From NCBI RefSeq assembly GCF_048593235.1, contig NC_133617.1, positions 673,424,958 to 673,488,957 on the forward strand: a stretch of DNA of 64,000 nucleotides, written 5' to 3'. Shown here one piece after another: positions 23,242 to 38,200 of this stretch. This DNA is from Sminthopsis crassicaudata (taxonomy: Eukaryota). Both the position numbers and the translations under genes were made by a program. The notes below the pieces were generated by a model. It searched no databases. It was given only the letters and a program-made list of their open reading frames with translations, and was not told the origin of the DNA. Each line of letters begins with the position of its first letter. Position 1 is the first letter of the stretch.

Positions 23242-26200
23242 CTAGGAGCCGGCAGCCGGGGCAGGAGGCACTCTCCGCAGGGGGATGATGCAGACCGCAT
23301 TCTTGGCGTCTTTGATCTGCCACCACCGTCCCAACCTGTGGGCAGAGGATGGCGCTAAGCCAGAGGCCCGGATCCCCTCCACAGCTTTCTCCCCCAGCCC
23401 CAAGCTCTGAACCAGCCCGCCCAGCCCCAGAGACCCACAGCCTTCAGTACCTGTGCTCCTTCCCAACGCCCGCCACCAGGAAGTCTCCCATGCTAGAGAA
23501 TTTGAGACTGTTGATGAAGCCGACCTACAGGGTAGAGTGGGAGGTGTGACCCAAAGTGCCACAATGCCACCCAGCCCCAGCCCAAGCCCCCCTCCTCCTC
23601 CTGGCCCACTGCTTACCAAAGGGATGTCCCAGAGGGGCTCCAGCTTCCGGAAGCCCTCCGCACACCTCCAGAGTCGCACAAAGGAGCTGTGAGACCCTGG
23701 AGCAGGGAGAGGAGAAACAAGAATTGATGGGGCCAGGTGGCGAAGGAAAGTCAAGAGTCCTCCCTCCCTGCTGTGACCCTAAACCCTGAATTCCATGAGG
23801 GCCCTCCCAGACCTTCCCGAAGCCCTCGGGCCCCAGGGACATCCTCCCTTCTGTTCTCCTGGCACTGCCCCCTGGCCCTAAGCCTGCCCCAGAGGGGAGA
23901 AATCCCTGCAGGGGGAGGGGACCCACACCAACCTGAGGCCACAAGGTCCGTGTTAAGCAGCGCCGTCACCGAGGACACCCAGAAGGGCTGCTCCAAGCCT
24001 TCTTCCCCACGCATCCCGTGGGCTTTTTGTTGCACGGTGAGGGGCCGCTTCTTGGAGAGACCCCACAGAGCCAAGGAGCTTAAGTCAGGGAGATGGAGGA
24101 GTTAGTGGAGGATGGAGGGGACAGGAAGGGCTGCAGGGAGGGTAGTCAGGCAGGGGACGATGCATCTAGGGGTACAAGGAGGAACCCTTACCCGTCCTCT
24201 GAGCCAGATATCATATGTTCCTCATTGATGAGCTGGATGCAATCAATGGAGCCCCTAAAAGAGGAAATGGCTTGAGAGGAAAGCCTCCCAGCCTCTCCCC
24301 GGAAGGATATAGACCACCCCCCCACCCGCCCCCCGGCTCTAGGGAGGCTTTCTTCTTCCCACTCACTTACTGGTGGCCATAGAAGACCAACTGTGACTCC
24401 TCAGGAATCTTCCAGACACGGACAGTGCCATCGCGGCCCCCCGCAGTTACGCAGCTCTCCCGGCTCAGCCCATCCAGGGCCGTCACAGCGTCCTGGTGCC
24501 CAAACCTGGGGCAAAGAAAGGGCAAAGGATCAAGCAAACACCATCCAGCCAGAAGTGTGGGCGGGAAGCCAGACCCCATGCCCTGGACAGGTCACTTCTC
24601 CAAGGCTGGCTGGTCTTTGGGTCCCCGCTAACTCGGAACCCACTGGGGAGCTGCCCCTGGGGACCCAAAACCTGCGTGGGAGACGAGCCAAATAGGAGGC
24701 CCTGGTTGGGGGGGAGGGGAGCTCAGAGGGGAGCAACAGTGGGCTGGGCGCCATGCCGGGGGAAGGCCAAATGCAGGGAGATGGCAAAAGGAATGGAGGC
24801 GGCTCAGGCAGCGTCTGTGCTTTTGGCCAAGTCTCTCCAGGCTTCAGTCTCCCCCTCTGTAAAATGGGGAAATGCTTTCGAGCTCCTTCTACCCCAAATT
24901 CTACAATGTCCTAACTTGGGGGCTTTAGGCAAAGCACTTCCCTCCTGGGTCACAGACTCTGGGGAGAGGAGGCTGGAGACAAGACGGAGCTGGGGGCAAG
25001 GGACGAGGGACCTCAAAAGCCTGGCTGAGGAGTTCCGCCCAGGCTACCCTCCCCGCCCTGCAGCCCCGGCAGGCCTCTCCCCTGAAGCGCTGTTCCAGAC
25101 GGCCAACCTCCCACTCACAGGGTCTCTATGTAGGCATTCTCGGCCACGCTCCACACCTTCACAGAGCGGTCGTGGGACGTGCTGTACAGCTGGTGCGTGC
25201 CCTTCCGAAAGGCCAGGCCCTAAATAAGGCAGAGGGAGAGCCAAGTGTCAGGGCCTGGGTCCCACCCACAGGGAAAGGGGCCAGGTTAGATGGCAACAGG
25301 AAGAATCTGCCTAAGAGTATAAGGCACATCATAGGGATATATAATAAATATATACACATAGTAACAATAATAATCTGCTGGGGACACAATAGGCATAAAG
25401 GGAATCCTGGCCCTGGAAGCAAATGGGAAGGTGGCTGTAATGACCTCATGAAATCCTGCTTCCACCTAGAAGACTGGCCCCTGAAGGCCAATGGGGTCTC
25501 CCAGGCCCCACTCTCACCGAGACCGCATCCCGATGCCCTGCGAAGGTGTAGAGGTGTCTGCAGGTGCCTGCATCCCAGATCAGGATCAGCTTGTTCTTGT
25601 CTCCTGAGGCCTGGGGATGAGAAGGCAGAGCTGGGGTGTCCTCATGCTGGCCCCCGACCCGCCTGCCCCAGCTCTGAAGTGCCCAGTGTGCTCCTTACCA
25701 AGTACTTGCCATCTGAGGAAATTGCCATACAGAGGATATGGTCGGCGTGCCCGGGCGGCTGGCCCTCGGCCCCCTTCTTCACCCTCTGAATTTGGTGTAG
25801 CTTCTTCCCACTTTCCACACTCCCTGCAATGAGAGGGAGGAAGGTATGAGGAGGGAGCATGGCAAGGGCTGGAGACTGGCCGCTGGCCCTCTTCTGACAG
25901 CAGCAGAGACAGCCGAGGGGCAGAAAGGAGAGTGAGACCCAAGAGGCTCAGCACCAGAGCTCCTGCCCTGAATGCCCCTGGCTAGAAGGTGGAGAAGAGG
26001 CTGAAGGTTCTGCTCCTGACCAGTGGAAAGAGAAGGGAAAAGAAGGGGGAAAAGTCATCCTGGTCTGCTGGACACAGGACAGGCCTTCGTGGTCACTCAC
26101 ATTTGATGATGGTGCAGTCTTTGGCTCCAGAGAAGATGGCGGAGTTGTCTGGGGTGATGACCAGGCATGTGATGGAAAGCTGGTGGCCCCGAAGGACCCG

Positions 26201-29200
26201 GATGTCTTCAGCCACCGGAGCCTGGACCTGCCCAGAACAGGGGACATCATCAGCTGGACTAGCAGGAAATAAACTCCACAGGTGCTCCCAAGAATTTCAG
26301 GCCTCTCATTCTCCCCTCCTAGGCTGGGACGGAAACCACATCCAAGCCTGCTTGGATGGCAAAGGGACAAAGGGACTTCTCTGCTCATCCGACAAAGATG
26401 GCGAGAGACCGTTCTGGCCATTCCTTGTCCAAGGAATCCGCTCCTATCTCATTCAATTAAGAAAAGGACGCTTCACATGGGAGGGGACAGGACATCTGGT
26501 GGGTCCACAATTTTCCAGAGAAACAAAATCAGGACTTCTTTTGGTTGCAGAAGGAGAAAAGCAGCCCATTTGAAGGAAAAACCAAGGCACTGAAGGATCC
26601 TGAAGGATCCCTGAGGTGGGGCTGGTGTTAGGTCAGTCCCACAGTCCTGGGCATAGAAACGCGGAGTTATCTGATTACTAAAGAAAGCGGGAGCTCCTTG
26701 CAGCAAGTTCCTAGAGACACAATGAATCATGTTCTACTGTTTAAAAAACAAGCATCTAAATGGAAACACTCGGGCTCCATCGGCTTCTCAGGCTTCAAAA
26801 GGTGGGCCATGGCTAGAGTACTAGGCTCAGAACCTGGAGTGTGGCTCTGTAGTGTGGACACCAACTAACTGTGAAAGCCTGAGGGAGTCACCATTGCTCT
26901 GGACATGAGGAGAGGAGAGCAGGCTATGGTGGGCTCAGGATTAAGGACTGATTCATTCCTTTAAGGTTTACCAAGAGTTGCCCTCAGCACAGCCCTGGAA
27001 GATGGACAGCACAATCGCTCTCCTTCATGGTTCAGAAACAGGAGCACCCAAGACGGCGCGCCGGGATCCAAACACAGGACTCTCTCTCCCCCTCACCTCC
27101 TTTGCCACCAGCTTCTGAAGTCGACCTCTCTGCTCGAGCTATAGGAAAAAGAGAGAGGATTATACTTTCTGGAGCCCCACGGGCAAGGAGGCAGGCAGAC
27201 CCACCCCTACATTCATATTCACCCTCCACTCACCACATCTTCTTTTAGCCGCCCAGCCACCTGGTCATTCCCAAAGGCCTCCTCTTCTGCTTTCTCCTCC
27301 TCTGCCCAGAGTAGAACACAGACCAGGTAAGGACCAGAGTTGGGGGAAGAGAAGGAATCTCCATCCCAATCTCCACCAAGGGAGAGGCGCAGGGCCCAGG
27401 TGCCTGCCTCTTTCCCCTTCAGGTTTCCCCCACTCCCCCAGGGCCCAGCTCTCCTTGTGCAGATGCAGGCATCCCCTGATCTTATCCAAAGCTACTTCAT
27501 AGCCTCAATTGGCTTCAATAACTATAGGCCCCTAGGGCTTCTTCCCTTCAGGGGGCCTATTAAAGTCTTCCCTTCTCTACCTCTCAGGGAAGTTAGCTCA
27601 GGGACTTAGGCTGTCCCCTGCCAAGCTAAATGCCAGCCCTAGCATCAATCACCTCCTAGGGGGCCCAGGCCCAGCCACCCAAGGAAGTGTAGAGATGGCA
27701 GGAAGGAGGGGGAGGGCGGCGTTGCCAGGTAAGGCCGGTGGCTCCCAGAGCCCCATGCTGGCTTCCTCACCCTGGAAGCCCAACGACAGCAAGGCCCAAG
27801 AAAATGCCACCAGTTCTGAATGTCTTAGTAGAGCCCAGAGAAGACTGGAAAGGATGGCTCCCCCCACACTCCCCAAGCCAGGGAAGATTCCCAGGCTTCT
27901 GTCACATACCTTGCTGCCTCAACTGCTCCAAGTACAGCTTAGCCAGCCGGAGCTTCTTCTCCTGGGCAGTCTCCTCCAACTCCTCATCTTCCTCTTCCTT
28001 GTTCCTTGTGTCCTCAGGACTGGAGATGCAGGAAAGAGTGAAGGTGAAGGGAATCTGTCTCTTGCTCCTGGCAAAGTCACTTCTACAATCAACCTGTTTA
28101 CGTGCAAGCTGCAGGCAGAGGTGGGCTCAGCACTTCGGGAAACTCCAAGGACAGATTCAAGAGTGTTTAAGGAGCATCTCTTTCCAGGTGAAGGATTGTA
28201 TAAGGTTTGAGCCATAAAGACATTCATGAAAAACCCTCAAGGAGCTTCTCTTCTATGAGGGGCAGACTGGATTCAAGGAAATCAATTCAGAGGTACCACA
28301 CAGCTGTGAGTCTGGGGGCTGTGTCCTTTCCATAAGTTTACCCTTTCAATCATTCCCCCCACCTCTGCCTAATCTTCACATCTCTCCTATTTCCTTGGTT
28401 CCTTTCTTGCTCCCTAGAGTCCTCAGCTTGTCCCTAACCTTAAAAAGACATTAACCTAAGGCAGCTAAATGGTATAATGGATAGAGCACTAACCCTGAAG
28501 TCAGGAGGACCTGAATTCAAATCTAGCCTCAAACACTTAACATTTCTTAGTTGTGTGACCCTGGGTAAGTCACTTAACCCCAACTGCCTCAGCGGGGAAA
28601 AAATAAAAATAAAAATAAAAGACATTAATCTTCAAGTGATTATCCTACATTTTTCTTGCCTGTGTAAATCGTGCCTTAGAAAATCATGTATAATAACTAA
28701 TAGATACAACTTCTAGAAGGTCAAAAACAGGGGAAAGAACGTTGGGTACAAAAAATATTTATAGCAGCACTTTTTGTTCTATCAAGGACTGGGGGGAAAA
28801 AGTGGGTGCCCAACAATTAGGGGAATGGCTAACAAAGGAGGGTCTTTGAATCTAATGGGACATTGTGCTTTAAAATATTTGGGAAACCTGGAAAGATATA
28901 CACAGATATGCAGCTGAGAAGGGAGCAGAACAAATAGAATAAGATACACTGTGATCAAATAATGAAAAGGACTTCAGAACTCTGATTAATGAAGGGAAGC
29001 ATTGGGACTCCAGAAGTCTGAGGAAGGAGGAAGCTTTCATCTGACTTCTGGGCAGAGGTGATGGACCTCAGGTACAGAAAGACTAATTTTCCTTGACTGT
29101 GTAATTGTGGCAAAGGAGGGTTTCTATAGGTGGGTGGCTGATTACTAATGATGGCAATGAAAAGAGGAGAAGCAGAATGAAAAGGAGGAGGAAGTAGAAT

Positions 29201-32200
29201 GGTGTCTATGAAACATTTAAAAAATATCCAGATTTTGCCACCATGGATTATACTGCTACAAATATTTGTGCATATGTAGGTCCTTTCCCCCTTTTTAATG
29301 AGCTCTTTGGGATATACACCTTGTAGAAGTATTGTTGGGTCAAAATGGTATGCAGTTTGGTTGCCCTTTGTTCATAGTTCCAAATTGCTCTCCACAATGG
29401 TTGGACCAGTTCACAACTCCACCAACTGCATATTAGTATTCCAATTTTCCTACATCCTCTCCAACATTTATTACTTATGTAATGGGATATTATTATTGTG
29501 TAGTAAGAAATGATAAATAGGCAGATTTCAGAAAAACCTGAAGGACCTGTATGAACTGATACAAAGTGAAATGAAGAGAACCAGGAACTGTGTGATGATC
29601 AATTATGATTGATTTAACTCTTCTCAACAACACAACATTCTAAGACATGTACAAAGGACTCATGAAGGAAAATGCTATCCACAATCAGATAAAGAACTGA
29701 TGGACTGGGAATGCAGAGTGAAACAGTTTTTTCACTTATTTTATTCTTTCTCAAGGTTTCCTCCCCCCCTAGTATTCTGCTTTTTTTCACAACTGTGACT
29801 AATATGGAAGTTTTACATGATAACACATGTATAAACTATATCAAACTGCCTACTATCTTAAGGAGAGGAGGGAGAAAAATTTGGAACTCAGAATCTTGTA
29901 AAAAAAAATGAAAGCTAAAATTTTTCTTAACATAACTAGGGAGAAAAATAAAATTCTATTTTAAAAAACAAAATAAAAATACTCAGAAGAGAGCAGCAGG
30001 AAGTTCATCAGGGATCAAAGCTAAGCAGAGCAGTTTTGTTACTAATAGGTTGGCCCAGAATCTCTTCATCTACCCCACACATGTATAGCCTGGATTGTCA
30101 CCCCATTACTATGGGGATTCTTTGAGGGCAAAGATTTTTTGGTTTTTCTTCTCCCTAGATTTTAGTGCACTCCTTAGGTCAGAATACACATCTAATAAGT
30201 GCTTGCTGAGTGATTGCAGAGAGGTGAAACTCAGAAAAGGTGTGCTGGAATCAGATAGCAAAGCACTTAAGGCTACTTTTTCCTTGTGAGACAATGGCTC
30301 TATTAGCATATATTTAGATGATGGCTCTCCTCACTATTGGGGCTTGCTGAATGCTTGGTGGTGAGATAATTGTAGTCCAGGATTGAAGGGCTGAGAAAGA
30401 GAGGTCAGGGTCACTTGGTGGCAGAATGAGGAGGAAAGAGGCTGGAGACTCCTGACTGCAGAATCCAAGAAAGATCCTTGGCAAGCCCACGTGGCAGCTT
30501 GCCTGCCTCCTTCACTTCTCCCCCTAAAGACCAAGGACTTTGACTGATTTGGATTCTGACTAATCTTAAGGCCCTCCAGAGTTAGCCCGGACTTTACAAC
30601 TGACTTTTCCTCATATAATGAAATGTTCATGTTTGTTGATTTCACAATAAAAAACCAGTGATTTGAAAGCCTCTACTGCTTCACTTCCACTCACTTCTCA
30701 GCACTAGCTACCTGGCTTCTGACTTTCCTACCATCTCTCTGTCTCTCTCTCTCTGTTTCTCAGTCCTCCTCCTTTGGGACCTTTTTGCAGCTTCGCCCCC
30801 CCCCCCCAATGGCCATCCTTGTCCTGCATCCTCTTAGCTCCTTCTGCTTCTCATTCCTCCCCAGTATCCTCTGTGGGATTACTATCCGCATCCTGCCCCT
30901 AACCATGGGGATCTAAGGCAAGGTCTGGGGTCCTTCTCTCTGCTTCTCCCATCAGCTGCTGTAGATTAAGTTGTGATCTCCTTGCAAATACCTCCCCAAT
31001 CTGCCTATACAGGTTTAATCTCTCCTGAGCTTCAGCCCCACCTCACCAAGTGCCTGGACATCCCAAGACCCATCCTCATTTCTGCTGGCTCCCATGGAGA
31101 GACCACCAAGGTGGTCTAAGGAAGACCTGAAGAATCTGACATAGTTTAAGATCTCATTAATTTACTTGGTTTCCACCTCACAAAGTTCCCTCATGGAACT
31201 TGTAGTCCACTGAAACCCCCCCTCTTTTTTTTTTTGGGGGGGGGGAACACAGGGGCTACAACTGCTTTTGACCCATGCTTACATATTACACAAATATAAG
31301 ATTAACATTTATTCCTATTGAATTTCATCATAGGTTAATTCCAATGTTCTAGCCTTTTAGATATTGATTTTCTCATTAACTGTCCAAGTTTTTTACTACT
31401 TGCAAATGTGATAATCAAGCCTTTCTAAGTCATTGAAAAGAAGGGCTGAAGAGAATTGTCCACAGACCCCTAAGATATTATATTAGGGGCCTCTTGCCAC
31501 ATTGACAATAAGCAATCAACCACTACTCTTTCTGTAGTTTTAGACACATGATTCACAAGATGATGGACCAGAAATTTTTTCCAGTCTTCAATAACTCTCA
31601 AAACTCCTCAAAAGGGGAATTATGTGCCAGGGATGGAATGTGAGTTGAACCCACCAAAAAAACAAAAAACCTAACCTAACTTATAAATTAACATTGGAGA
31701 ATACTCACTTTTAAGTGTCCACTCAGTGCTTTTCCCTCAGCAGCTATCACACAACTATAGGGTGTATAAACTGACCCTCATGGGTTTAGGCAACACAGAG
31801 ATTATACTCCTGCAGCAGAGGCAGCCCATCTAACTCCCAGACCAATTACAATAAGCTGCAGAAATTTATTCTCTACAGTCACCTATGAAAGAAAGGTAGA
31901 GAATCAGGTTTTCTTCTGCCTGGGGCAGTCTCCAAAGTACTGAACTCCAAGGCTATAGCTATGTAAGTGGGTCAGTTTTAAGTGACAGTATAGATTTGAA
32001 GGAAAAGGGGTTAGTCTTGTTGAGTTCTCTATTACCCTTTGCAGTTTAGCACTCAGGGGGGTATACCTACCACCAAAAGGTAGAGAATGTCCAAAAATTA
32101 TGTAAATAAGGAAAAAAAAAATTCCATAAGCAGATAAATTAACAGACAGGCTGCTAAAATTAGAAGGGATTATGAGTACCAAAGTATAAAAAATACCACA

Positions 32201-35200
32201 AACTTCCCTTAGTGGACAAAGAACACTGCCAAAAGAGTGAAGGAATTAACCAGGTGAAATTGTATGCTAGATCTGATTTTTATTTATAGGAAAGAACTGG
32301 TTGCTGAAGTGAAAATGATTAGAAGGAACTGCGTCCCCTTCCTAGAATCTGAGAAGAGAGAAACACTGGCTATGGCTAGTCAATAAGCATTTTTAAGCCC
32401 CTACTATGTACCAAGTACATGCTAAGTCCTAGAACTTTAAATTTTGTGACAGAAGATTTCAAAGGGTTTAGATGTACTAAAATTTTGAAGAGAAAATCAG
32501 CCTAGGAAAAATGGAAAACTTTCAAGGAAATTCTGAAGATACAAAGAACTATTTTAATGGGGGGGAGAGGGAGCAGGGGGATAGGATTTATCTTATGAAA
32601 ACAATGTGGATCTTATACACAGGGAAGTTACCAACCAACTTAGATTGTAAAAGATATGTACAGTAAATAGAACCTAGGAAATAACAGATACAACACAAAT
32701 GAACAGCAGCAACCAAACCGAACTGCAACCAGTCAGCTGTTAAAGAGCTAAGAATGGTTTCTCCATTTTAAAATCCAATAAAACCTTATTTCAAAATGTA
32801 AAAACCATTTTTAGTTCACTGGCCAAATTAAAACAGATGGCTCATCTAACTGCTGAAATAAACACTCCAGACTGAATTCCACTAGTCTATAATGATCAAG
32901 CTTGGCCCCAAAGAACTATGAGAAGGCACTTCCTCCCATTTCTTTGCAGACATGACAGCCAAGAGGTGTAGAACACTATATAACATCTATTTCACTGTTT
33001 GGCTGAACTTTTCCCTCCTCTATTTTATTGGTCATTATAATGGATGGCTCTCTGGAAAGATGAGGAATAAAGTGAGAAGTATAGGTGATATAAAAATAAA
33101 ATATCCCAATAAAACTTTCTTTTTTTATGTACAGAGGACGAATAAAAGCGTGGCAGGGTCCTACAACAATAACGCCACAAGTGCTACAGCTCCAAATGAG
33201 TTGAGAAATAGCAATCAATGTGTTTAAAACCTACATGGGGACAATGGAGAAAGGAGGATCAAATGAGAATGGATGGATTGCTGCTGCTTGGGGCAAATGG
33301 CATGGATGGCATAGTAACCGACACCACCTCTTAATTTCTTTCCATTTTCTCTAACAAGGAAAATAGCCTTTCCATTGAAAATAAGAGAACAAAAAAGAGC
33401 TAACAGAGAGCCGATACCCAAGATAAATAAGAATAGAATAAAAGAGAATCTGGTTACTCTCAGTGAATTCAAGCTGCCTGACCTAGATGAATTCTACTTT
33501 TTGGTACCAACAGAACTGGTAAGATAATAGACAATAGAGGGTGGGAAAGATCCTACAGGCCTGAAAGAGCAAATGTCCCAAATTTTTAAAAGAAATAGAA
33601 GAAAAAAGTCTTCTATGAGACAGTGACCTTGACTTGGATTCCTGGGATATTCCTAAATGCTTCATGAACATCTAGAAAACAAAGTGGGAATAACCAAGAA
33701 TCATCATGGTCTCATCAAGAACAAGCCACACTAGGCTAGCCTTATGTCCTGTTATCTTGCAGTCACTAAATTCACAGATTGGGAAATGCCATAGACATAG
33801 TTTATGTAGAACTTAGTTAAAGCATTTGCTACAGTGTCTCACAGCAGCTCTGCAGAAGATGTGGACTAGTTAGTACAGTCTCAGAATCAAAGAGAAACTT
33901 AATGGCTCAAAATCATTTTGGCAGCAGGACTCCAAGGGAAGGTCCCAGGGATCTGCCTAAAGGGGGAAAGAGGGTCCTCCTAGTGAATGGCCTCTATTTT
34001 CTCAGTAAAACAGGAGGTGAGGTACTCTGCTGAAAAGTGAGGGACAGGAGATGGGTGAAGGCCCAAGGATAATACTTAGTCTCTCTCAAACTACTGTCCC
34101 AACCATGCCTTACCTCGTCTGTATTTTTTGGAAATTGATTAAAAAACCCAACAATCCAACTGTAGACCTGACAATACAGAATCAAGCTTTGCCAAAGCAC
34201 TTCCACCTCTGTAAGCCGTGCTCCATTTTGAGTGCACAGAATTCTATTTTTCTCCCTTGTAAAGATACATCTCTGTGCTGAGAGGTATAAACAACAGACA
34301 TTCTGCTCCTGCTTATGTCATTCACTTGCTCTTTTCCTACTCCTATCTTTAATTTTGTAATTCCAATCCCACTTTCAGACACTCAGAAAATTGAGGCTCC
34401 TTCCAGTTGTAATACATCTGAGCGATCTGACTGCTAATCAGAGGGTCTCTTTCTTCTAAATAGCAGGCCATGTTTCATGATGGTTTTTGCATATCTGGGA
34501 CCTAGCACACATACTAGGCACTTAATATACATATTAACTGACTACAAAGTCAAAATGAGTCAGCAATGGGATGTGGTGGCCAAAAATGTTAATGCTGCTG
34601 CACTAAGAGGGATATGACTTCTGGGAATAAGGAGGTGGTATCTTTCTGTACTGTGCCCTGGTCAGACCATACAAGGGAGGAGCTGGATGGTGCAATGGAC
34701 AGTACTCTGGATCTGGAGGCAGGAACATTCAAATTTGGTCTCAGGCACCAGCTCTGCCAGTCACTTGTCCCATGTCTGCCTCAATTTCCTCAAATATAAA
34801 TGGAACTAATACCAGCACCTCCCCCTCATAATGGTTATGAGGATTAAATGATACTAATTGCAAAGTATTTAATACAAGGGCTTGACACACAGCAGACACT
34901 AAATAAATGCTTATTTCTTTTCTTCCTCCCTATATTCGGTCTTGGGTACCATATGTAAGGACATCCAGAAGAGGGTGACCAGGAAGGTGAAAAGGCTCAA
35001 AATTATTTCCTCTACAAAAATCAGTGAAAGAACTGAAGGTATTTAATCTAGAAAAGACTCAAGGGAGATATGCGAGTCATCTTCAGCTACCCAAAGGGCT
35101 GGCAGAGGGGGATATCGGGCCTGTTGTTTGGCCTTCAGACTCAGAAGGCTCCTTGGGGGAATCAAGTCCAATGCTTCATTTTACAGATGAAGAATCTGAA

Positions 35201-38200
35201 TACTACAGAAATCAGCTCAAGAGCCCAGAATCACAGAGCCAGTGAGTATTTCTGTTCTGGCCTTTCTGACCCCCAGGCCAAAGCTCAATCCACTGTTATC
35301 ATATTGCCTCCCTGCTTCCAATTTCTTTCCAATCTATCGTGACTGGGGCTAAAACTCTTGACCATGCTACTTCCTGCACCCTTTCTGCAGCTCCCTATTG
35401 CCTTTACAACAAAAGACAAACTCTCTGCTCAGCTCTTCACAATCTGGTCCTGCCAGACCCTCCCAAACTTCTCTTCACTTCCCATCAATCTGGCTGTATC
35501 TCATAGATGAATCCCTTTCTTTCCTCTGTCCTTCATTGAGCTCATCCTCCATACCTGTCCTCTGCAAAGGTAGGATCAGGGACTAAGTTATTCTAGGATT
35601 ACAATCTTCCTCTTGACTCCTTAATGGCAGACTCCTCCTCAGAAATTACTGGGATATACTTTTATATATCATGCACTGCCCATGCACTCCACTCTCCCCC
35701 TCACATCAAGAGAAATCAAGAGAGCCTGCAACATGATGGAAAGCCAGGGCAAAAGTCAAAATATACAGGGCAAAAATAGGCAGAGCTTCCTCTCTAAGAG
35801 AACCTTTTATCTAGTCTGTATATTTCTTTTAAGTATCTAGTTGCATAACATCTCCCTCATTAGAATGTAAGCCTCTCAGAGACAAGGGATAGCTGGTACT
35901 CTGCTTTGTATTTAGCATTTAGCATGCTGCCTGGGACAAAGAAGGTACTTAATAAATGCTCAAATGATTACATTGGCCTGCTGGGGAGAATGTCCACATC
36001 ATAAGAGAGCAGATCGTTCACATACTTATGTATATACTTTTTATTTACTTAAAAGCTGTATGTATCCCCCCTCCTTCCCCCTATAAAATGTAGAGACTGT
36101 TTCATTTTTTGTCTCTGCATCTCCATCACCAAACACAAAATGGAAACTTAACACATACTTATTGGGTTGATCTTGGGCCAGTTACTTCCACTTTGGCAGA
36201 AGGCATTTTCCCTCTTGAACAATGAAGGTCTGAATTCATTTAATTCTTTTAACAAACAGGTCAATCAACAAATACTTGGTAAGTATTTACTTCGTGCTAA
36301 GAACTATGTTAAGTGCTAAGATACAAAGAAGGGCAAAAAAAAACAGGCCCTGCTCTCAATTCTAATAACAAAAAACTTCCCCACAAAAATATACCATGCA
36401 AAAAACTGTACATACCAGATAATTATAGTGTAAATGGAAAATATTTTCAGAGGGAAGGCATTAAGTAGCAGAAGGGATGTGGGAGAAAAGATCTTCTGAA
36501 AAAGGGGAGAATGATCTGACTAGTAAAAGAAGGTGAAGATGTATAACATTCCAGGCTTGAAGGACAGTCACTGAAAAAACATGAATGGAATCAAGAAATG
36601 GAGTATCATGAGGAACAGCAAAAAGACCAATATTGCTGGATCATAGAATATGTAACAGCGAGTAGATAAAAGTAGGAAGGGGTCAGGTTGTAAAGTTATT
36701 TAAACGTCAAACTGAAGATTTTATATTTATTTTATATTTAATCTTGGAGGTAATAGGGAGCCCCTGGAGTTTCTTGATTTGGGATGAGAGGGAGAAAATC
36801 AAGATGACATGGTCAGATTTTAAGATAATTTTGGCAGCAAACAAAACTAATGCAGACAAGATTAGAAGGGAAGCAATAAACTGGGAAAATATTTTTACAG
36901 TCAAAGGTTCTTATAAAGATCTAATTTCCAAAATAGAGAGAATTGACTCTAATTTATAAGAAATCAAGCCATTCTCCAATTGATAAATGGTCAAAGGATA
37001 TGAACAATTTTCAGATGAAGAAATTGAAACTATTTCTAGCCATATGAAAAGATGCTCCAAGTCATTATTAATCAGAGAAATGCAAATTAAGACAACTCTG
37101 AGATACCACTAAACACCTGTCAGATTGGCTAGAATGACAAGGAAAGATAACACAGAATGTTGGAGGGGATATGGGAAAACAGGGACAGCGATGCATTATT
37201 GGTGGAACTGTGAATACGTCCAGCCATTCTGGAAAGGAATTTGGAACTGTGCTTAAAAAGTTATCAAACTGTGCATACCCTTTGACCCAGCATTGCTTCT
37301 ACTGGGCTTATATCCCAAAGAGATCTTAAAGAAGGGAAAGGGACCTGTATGTGCAAGAATGTTTGTGGCAGCCCTCTTTGTGGTGGCCAGAAACTGGAAA
37401 CTACGTGGATGCCCCTCAATTGGAGAATGGCTGAATAAATTGTGGTATATGAATGTTATGGTATATTATTGTTCTGTATGAAATGACCGGCAGGATGATT
37501 TCAGAAAGGCCTGCAGAGACTTACATGAACTGATGCTGAGGGAAATGAGCAGGACCAGGAGATCGTTGTATACTTCAACAACAATACTATATGATGATCA
37601 ATTCTGATAGACGTGGCTTTTCAACAATGATATGACCCAAATCAGTTCCAACAGAGCAGTAATGAACTGAACCAGCTACACCCAGCAAAAGAACTCTGGG
37701 AGATGACTATGAACCACTACGTAGAATTCCCAATCCCTCTAATTTTGTCCGCCTGCATTTTTTATTTCCTCCACAGGCTAATTGTACAGTTTCAAAGCCG
37801 ATTCTTTTTGTACAGCAAAATAACTGTTTGGACAGGTATACAAATATTGTATTTAATATGTATTGATCAACCTGCCATCTGTGGGGGGGGGGGGGGGAGA
37901 AAGAGGGGAAAAGTTGGAACAAAAGGTTTGGCAATTGCCAATGCTGTAAAATTACCCATGCATACAGCTGGTAACTAAAAACTATTATTTAAAAAAAAAA
38001 AAAAAGATAACTTTGGCAGCTAAGTGTAGGAAACACTGGAGTAGGAAAAGACTTGAAACAGAGAACAGTAAGTTTACTGCAATGATCCAAGGGCAAGTTG
38101 ATGAGAGCCTGCATAAGAACAGTGGCCATGTAAGTGAAAAGAAGGGGACACAGACAAGAGATGTTATAAGGGTAGAAACAAGGAGTCAAGGAAGCCCAGA

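Noticed and set aside
24393-26593. Long plus-strand ORFs (243, 205 and 194 aa) opposite RRP9
   Set aside because: Antisense to GC-rich RRP9 exons and introns, with no recognisable homology.
26600-26760. Possible intronic snoRNA in RRP9 intron 5
   Set aside because: No proper box C (RUGAUGA) paired with box D and terminal stem, and no H/ACA layout.
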